In this document: positions 37,601 through 42,844 of the stretch, one piece after another
How the letters are laid out: every line of letters begins with the position of its first letter
Position numbering within the stretch: position 1 is the first letter of the stretch
From: Paraglomus brasilianum
Lineage: Eukaryota
Direction: 5' to 3'
Assembly: GCA_910592345.1 (NCBI GenBank)
Contig: CAJVPI010000203.1
Coordinates: 1 to 42,844 of the forward strand
DNA length: 42,844 nucleotides
Made by a program: the position numbers and the translations under genes
Notes under the pieces: generated by a model
Database searches by the model: none
What the model was told of the DNA's origin: nothing
What the model saw: the letters and a program-made list of their open reading frames with translations, nothing else

Positions 37601-40600
37601 ACCATCTTGTATACCGATTGCTGAATGCAACGAAGCAGCCATCACCTTACAGCCATTTCCTTCTTCCGCAATAAGATCCTTAGTTATCATCAAAGAATCA
37701 CATGATAAAACTTTTTTAATTTCTGAAATGGCAGTCTCAAGGGTTTCTTGTACCCCGAAACCAGAGCGTATTTTGTTCCCAATCGTAAATAACATTTGCG
37801 TAAACTCAATATTATGCTGCTGTTCCGCAATAAGTTGACGACGGACATGATAAAGCTTGATGTTCACACGAACGCGAGCCATAAGTTCACGAGCGTTAAA
37901 TGGTTTAACTATATAATCGTCTGCCCCTTTTTCCAATGCTACAAATTTATATATCTGGTTATTGAAAGAATGTTTTCGCAAATGTTATCAACTATATCTA
38001 CTTTCAACAACTACAGCTTACCTTCAACACTGGCTTCTCCTGTTAAAGCTGACATCATAATCACCGGTATCGTTTGCGTTTTCGGATCGTTGCGCAGTGC
38101 AGTAAGCAGTTCATAGCCATCCACGTTTGGCATCATGACATCTTGTTAAGCAAAACAAAGGTTAACATAAGACCAATCTATAACGACTTAGCAAAACGTA
38201 CGAGTCTCACCACAAAGAATCAAGTCAGGTAATCGTGGCGAACTTTTTACGATTTTGAGCGCATCATGACCATCAACAGCGCAGAGACAATCGTACTGTT
38301 TCTTAATCAGAGCACTCAAATAGTTTCTAGAATGAAAATGTAAAACTACATTAATAGCGTGAAGCAAATGAAGTTGACTCAAGTTAACAAACCTCATATC
38401 CGTATTATCATCGACAACTAAGACAAGGGCTCTTGTATTTTCAGTGTTGACATAATCGAGATCCGCATGCAACTGTTTTTTTAATGGCATAGAAGGCAAA
38501 TCATAGGTTTGTACCAAACCACGGTGATCATGCTTACTGGACAGCTCATCAGTTTCTGAATATTGCATACGTTGCATACACTCGCTCAGGTACAAGTCAA
38601 TAGTCGAATGAGATTCGTTTCCATGTGAGACGCCAGGATAAAGTTGGTTTCGTTCGGCACAAAAGTGAACTTGTTTCTTCGGAAGATGTTCATATCCGGT
38701 GGGAAACCAAACACGGAAGGTAGTACCAATGCCCACTTTCGACTTAACCGAGATCTCACCACCATGTTGCATGATGAGCTCCTTAACTAGAGAAAGGCCA
38801 ATCCCAGTACCTTCATGACCGCGTGAATCTTGAGACTCGATGCGGTAGAAGCGTTGGAAGATGTTTGAGAGATGCTTTTCTTGTATACCGATGCCTAAGA
38901 ACTGCAATCAGTTATTTGATCCATATTGCGAACGTTGTACGATGTAAAGTAGAATTACTTGTACCTGTATCGGATACTTCAAGTACTACGCCTTCTCTGT
39001 CATCTTTTTTCTCTACAAATAATCGGACAGTCACTCCACCGGTAAACGTATAATTAAATGCATTTGAACCTAATAAATCAGAATGGATTAATCGTTGTTA
39101 GGTAGATGATAATATTTATATCAGATAAGCGTTTGTTACTTACATAAATTAAACAGTATCTTTTCGTACATCTCATTGTCCAAAAATACTTTTTGTTTCA
39201 TTTGGCATGCAAGATCTTGATCACTAGGAATATCGATATTAAAATAAAGACCGAAAGATTTTGCCATGCTTTCAAAACTTGCCGCTAAATCTTTTGTTAA
39301 CTTTGCAATGTCTGACTCAAAAAAATATGCCAAAAGTCTATTTGTTTCTACATGAGTGAACTGATAGAAACAAGTGTTAGTATTAGACATATCAAGTAAT
39401 ATCTGTATATAGAGATGGTGAAGAAAGCATTTTAGCTTGTACTACCTGAAGTAAATTATCTACTAAGCTTAATAATCTTCGGTTACTATTTCGAATTCGT
39501 TTGAGATGACCTAATATTGGAGAGCTCTCCGAGCATAACCCAGTTGCCTCCTCCAAAGGTGAAAGCATTAAAGTCAGCGGACCTATATGGAATAATGAGC
39601 AATTATAAATTAGCATATTGATTACGCGAACAAGGCATATGGAAAGTAATGTCGAAACAACATTAACATAATAAATGAAGATACATGTAACTGTGAACAT
39701 ACTTCGTAATTCGTGACTGATGCTTTGAAAGAACGCGATTTTTTGTCTGTCTAACTCAGCCAGCACATCTTTTCGTTTCTGTTCTCCTTCTCGCGCTCGA
39801 CTTCGTGTAAAGCTAGAACTCATTTGGCCAACAACAAGCTATAGAAATAGGGAAAAAAAACCTATATAAAAATTTCATATACTATCATACAAGCAATATG
39901 CAATATTATCATACTTGGAGAAATTCTTTATATTCGTTATCGAATACTCGATGATTGTTAATGCCAAATATCGCCACAGCAGTCAATACGCTTTTCCCAT
40001 AGTATATTGAAGACACTGGACACAATACGGCTATAGAGTTGTCAGGCAATCTTATAACTACGTTCTCATCATTGAACACCGCGCGTTTTATTGGCCACGG
40101 ATTAGATGCATCAGTATATGCACGCATGCTGTCAGTATCTTGCCTGGAATCTGTCAAGTTTATCAGATCAGGGGTCCTTAGTAAATTATCGGGTAGCTCT
40201 CTGCTGGATTGACCATGTATGTAGATATATTCGTCAGAACCATCGGCTCTTTTAAAAAGCTGTAAATCATGATCAAATGTTGTAGCTTCTAGTTGTACTC
40301 TTTGTGGTTTGTCTTCATGTTCTCTTTTTTGATTTTCAACAAGATATAATATTGCATACGGTATATCCGCGTTATTATCACGGAAAATCTTGGTAATTGA
40401 ATGGCAAACACTTTGAATTGACTTTACTCCTGCATGAATTGCAAGCGGTCAGTAAGGATAGTGATAAATAGACAAATAGCACGAACAATGATGTTCATTA
40501 ACGATTCACAGTATACATACCTTGCGTTCCATTAGCAAGTTCCTTTAATAATTTCAGTCTTCTAGTCATAAGAACTTTTTGTGTAATCTCTTGCAAAAGA

Positions 40601-41389
40601 CAGATTACTCCTCCTATTCCCCCATCATCAGTAAATATAGGACTGAGCGAAAATGTACAGAATATCTCTTCTAAATAGCCAGTTCTATTAAGATATGCAG
40701 GGAACTCTTCTTGGAATTGACCTTTTCCTGCAAAGGCTCTACAATATTCAGATGAACAGTAATGATAAGTCCTAAAAAACACAAAAAAAAGTTTGTTTCT
40801 TTCTATTTTATACGTACGCTTTAAATAATGGATCCAGTTGTTCGTGCGCATCAGGATAGTATTCTAATCCAGGCTTCCCCAGGGCTACTAATTTGTTAGT
40901 ATCCACGTGATATTAATATCACGAGATAAATCTGAACACTTACCATCAGGATGATCCGCCTGAAAAATTGGTCTCCATACTGATATTTTAGAAGGGCAAG
41001 TTATAAATAAAGGATTCGAGGTTTTTTGTATCATAATAGGTTTCGTCTACTCACCCTGGTTGTATATCATCCTTCTTTCAGGTCCAATATATAATGTGAT
41101 GGGAATCACCGAGTAAAGACATAAATTCTGGGACATCGGACATTAAAACGGAAGTGAATTATAATTCGTGCATCGTATTCACACACAGAACGCCTTCAAA
41201 TTTTATGTATCGTCATCATCTATGTTCATTACTTACCACAACTGACTTCAGCCAGAAAGGCCAATTGTCCATGGGCCCCAATGGTGTAGACGCCCAATCG
41301 AAGGACCGCACTAACTCTGCTACGGGTGTTTCATCATCAAAATTTGTTGGGGCGGCTATTGCATCTGGAGTGGTTGTGAATTTCGTCAT
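34671..41389 (-). CDS. Dual hybrid histidine kinase: PAS/GAF-like - HisKA - HATPase - REC - GAF - HisKA* - HATPase - pseudo-REC - REC*
   Basis: ATG 41389. N-terminal [15 protein letters not shown]. Module 1: SHELRSPL, DTGIGI, GTGIGL; REC1 VVDD..LILCDVMMP..KP. Module 2: SYELRTLL, NLLSNAIKFT, DTGVG, GTGLGL; terminal REC VEDN..LMNCSMP..TA..KP. The junctions I checked are GT-AG and in frame. Confidence 0.92.
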
Positions 41390-42844
41390 AGCTACGAGAT
41401 ATACGTCGAAGCTACGGGTTTTGTTTTATATGCAATAATTTTCGTGCTCATTAGAGTGTGTTAGTAGAAGACCATCTGCGTGTGCAACGTAGCGGTTGGC
41501 TTAGTAAGCATCTTAATCTCTCCTAGATTCACCCAGAACGAGTCTAGAACTCGTGTTCAAATTAGAACAACAATAACGAACTGGTTATTTCGATTTCAGA
41601 TCCCCGAAGTCAATTATTATGATGATTTGTGCAAACTGCTGCTATCTTTTATTGGAGTGCCAAGAAATGATCTGATCAAATACTGTGCAATGTGGCTTTG
41701 GTGAATATAATAGAAGGAAAAGGCATACATTGATTCTCCATAAATCGGTTATAAATTTATACATTGTACCTAACTATCAAACAGGGGTCTAATATTTTGT
41801 ACAAAATCATTACCATTCATTCGGTACTTAACTTAGGACTCAGCACTATTGACTATGGGATCAATCCATCGTGGAGGTTAGAGATCTATCTCGGGGCGTG
41901 ATAAGAGTTTATGATATTTTCGACTAGAAATAATGATGCTGGGTAATCACGTATGATCCATCGCCTATTTATTGCAACCCAAAAGGGGTATAAGCGGAGC
42001 GACACAGTTCATGTATCTTCTGGTAGAGATACTCACGTCAATAGCAATGTTCCGCGTTGGGTAAGATGCATAGTAATAATCGAGCTGCATATTACGTGTA
42101 AGGAAGGCTTTTGTAAAGGTGAGTAAGGTCTGAGATTCAATCCATTACGTTGTATTGTTTACAGTGTGGTGATACTGATAGTTTTGATCTCATTGCTTAC
42201 TAGAATCTTGTTTATAAGAAAACAATGCTACGGTCGTACGATAGTGTCTTTACTGCTATATAATCGTACATTTTACAAGACACACAGCCTTACAATGACA
42301 CGTCACGTTAATGTCTCAATCATACGATTAACCTTTTAATTGTGTGTTGCTTCAACGTTAATTATTCGCGTTTGAGAAAGCTCTGGCCGGAATGTTATGA
42401 CAGAAAATAAGGGCAAGTTTGATATAATAAATTTGTTTGCATCATACGCTTCTAATAATTGGAAATATCAACAGACATTACCAACAGTGATAAAAATAAT
42501 TTAGTAAATAAAATAATTCAGTAAATAGAAATAATCTAAGTGTAATAAACATTATAGAACTGGCTACATGTTGGTTATACCTGAATTCTGCATAAAGATT
42601 CCTATAGTGCCAGACTTTAACTCTCTTCAAAAGGGATAACTCCAATTGTGGTGGTCATGGGTGATTGCAACCTTTATTCCCAATAATAATAAAGTTGGCT
42701 CTTAAGTATTACGGTCGGGAATTAAATTGGGGATTTTGGGAGAGCGATTTATCTTTTCGTGTAGGATCGGGGGATGTTACCAGGCTTAGCTCGTACTATC
42801 GCCCTTACTACGATAGTTGTGCAATTAAGACTGAATTAAGCTTC

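Noticed and set aside
24137..41389. Phospholipase + P450 + histidine kinase as a lipid-signal gene cluster
   Set aside because: The genes are separated by TE and pseudogene debris and belong to large families. Nothing in the sequence shows co-regulation; conserved synteny would be needed.
34671..41389. Bacterial contamination or recent horizontal transfer of the histidine kinase
   Set aside because: The gene has many spliceosomal introns and a composition like its neighbours.

Overview
Intron-rich, AT-rich eukaryotic DNA with GT-AG introns. The gene content (expanded F-box, Ser/Thr kinase, P450 and hybrid histidine kinase families) suggests an arbuscular mycorrhizal fungus (Glomeromycota, possibly Paraglomus); this taxonomy is inference. 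I can reconstruct nine apparently intact genes: a frizzled/cAMP-receptor-like GPCR whose C-tail has 37-aa tandem repeats and runs off the window, an F-box/LRR protein, an orphan 7TM protein, an F-box protein with a C2H2 finger, two SOD-fold-like proteins lacking metal ligands, a cPLA2/lysophospholipase, a cytochrome P450 and a ~6.7 kb dual hybrid histidine kinase. Between them lie two paralogous kinase pseudogenes, nested pogo/Tigger remnants and small MITE-like foldbacks. The strongest observation is the dual kinase: its second module has lost both the phospho-His (H->Y) and the terminal receiver Asp (D->N), while the reading frame and ATP-binding boxes are kept. Exon boundaries were read by eye, and family calls rest on motif recognition, not database searches.
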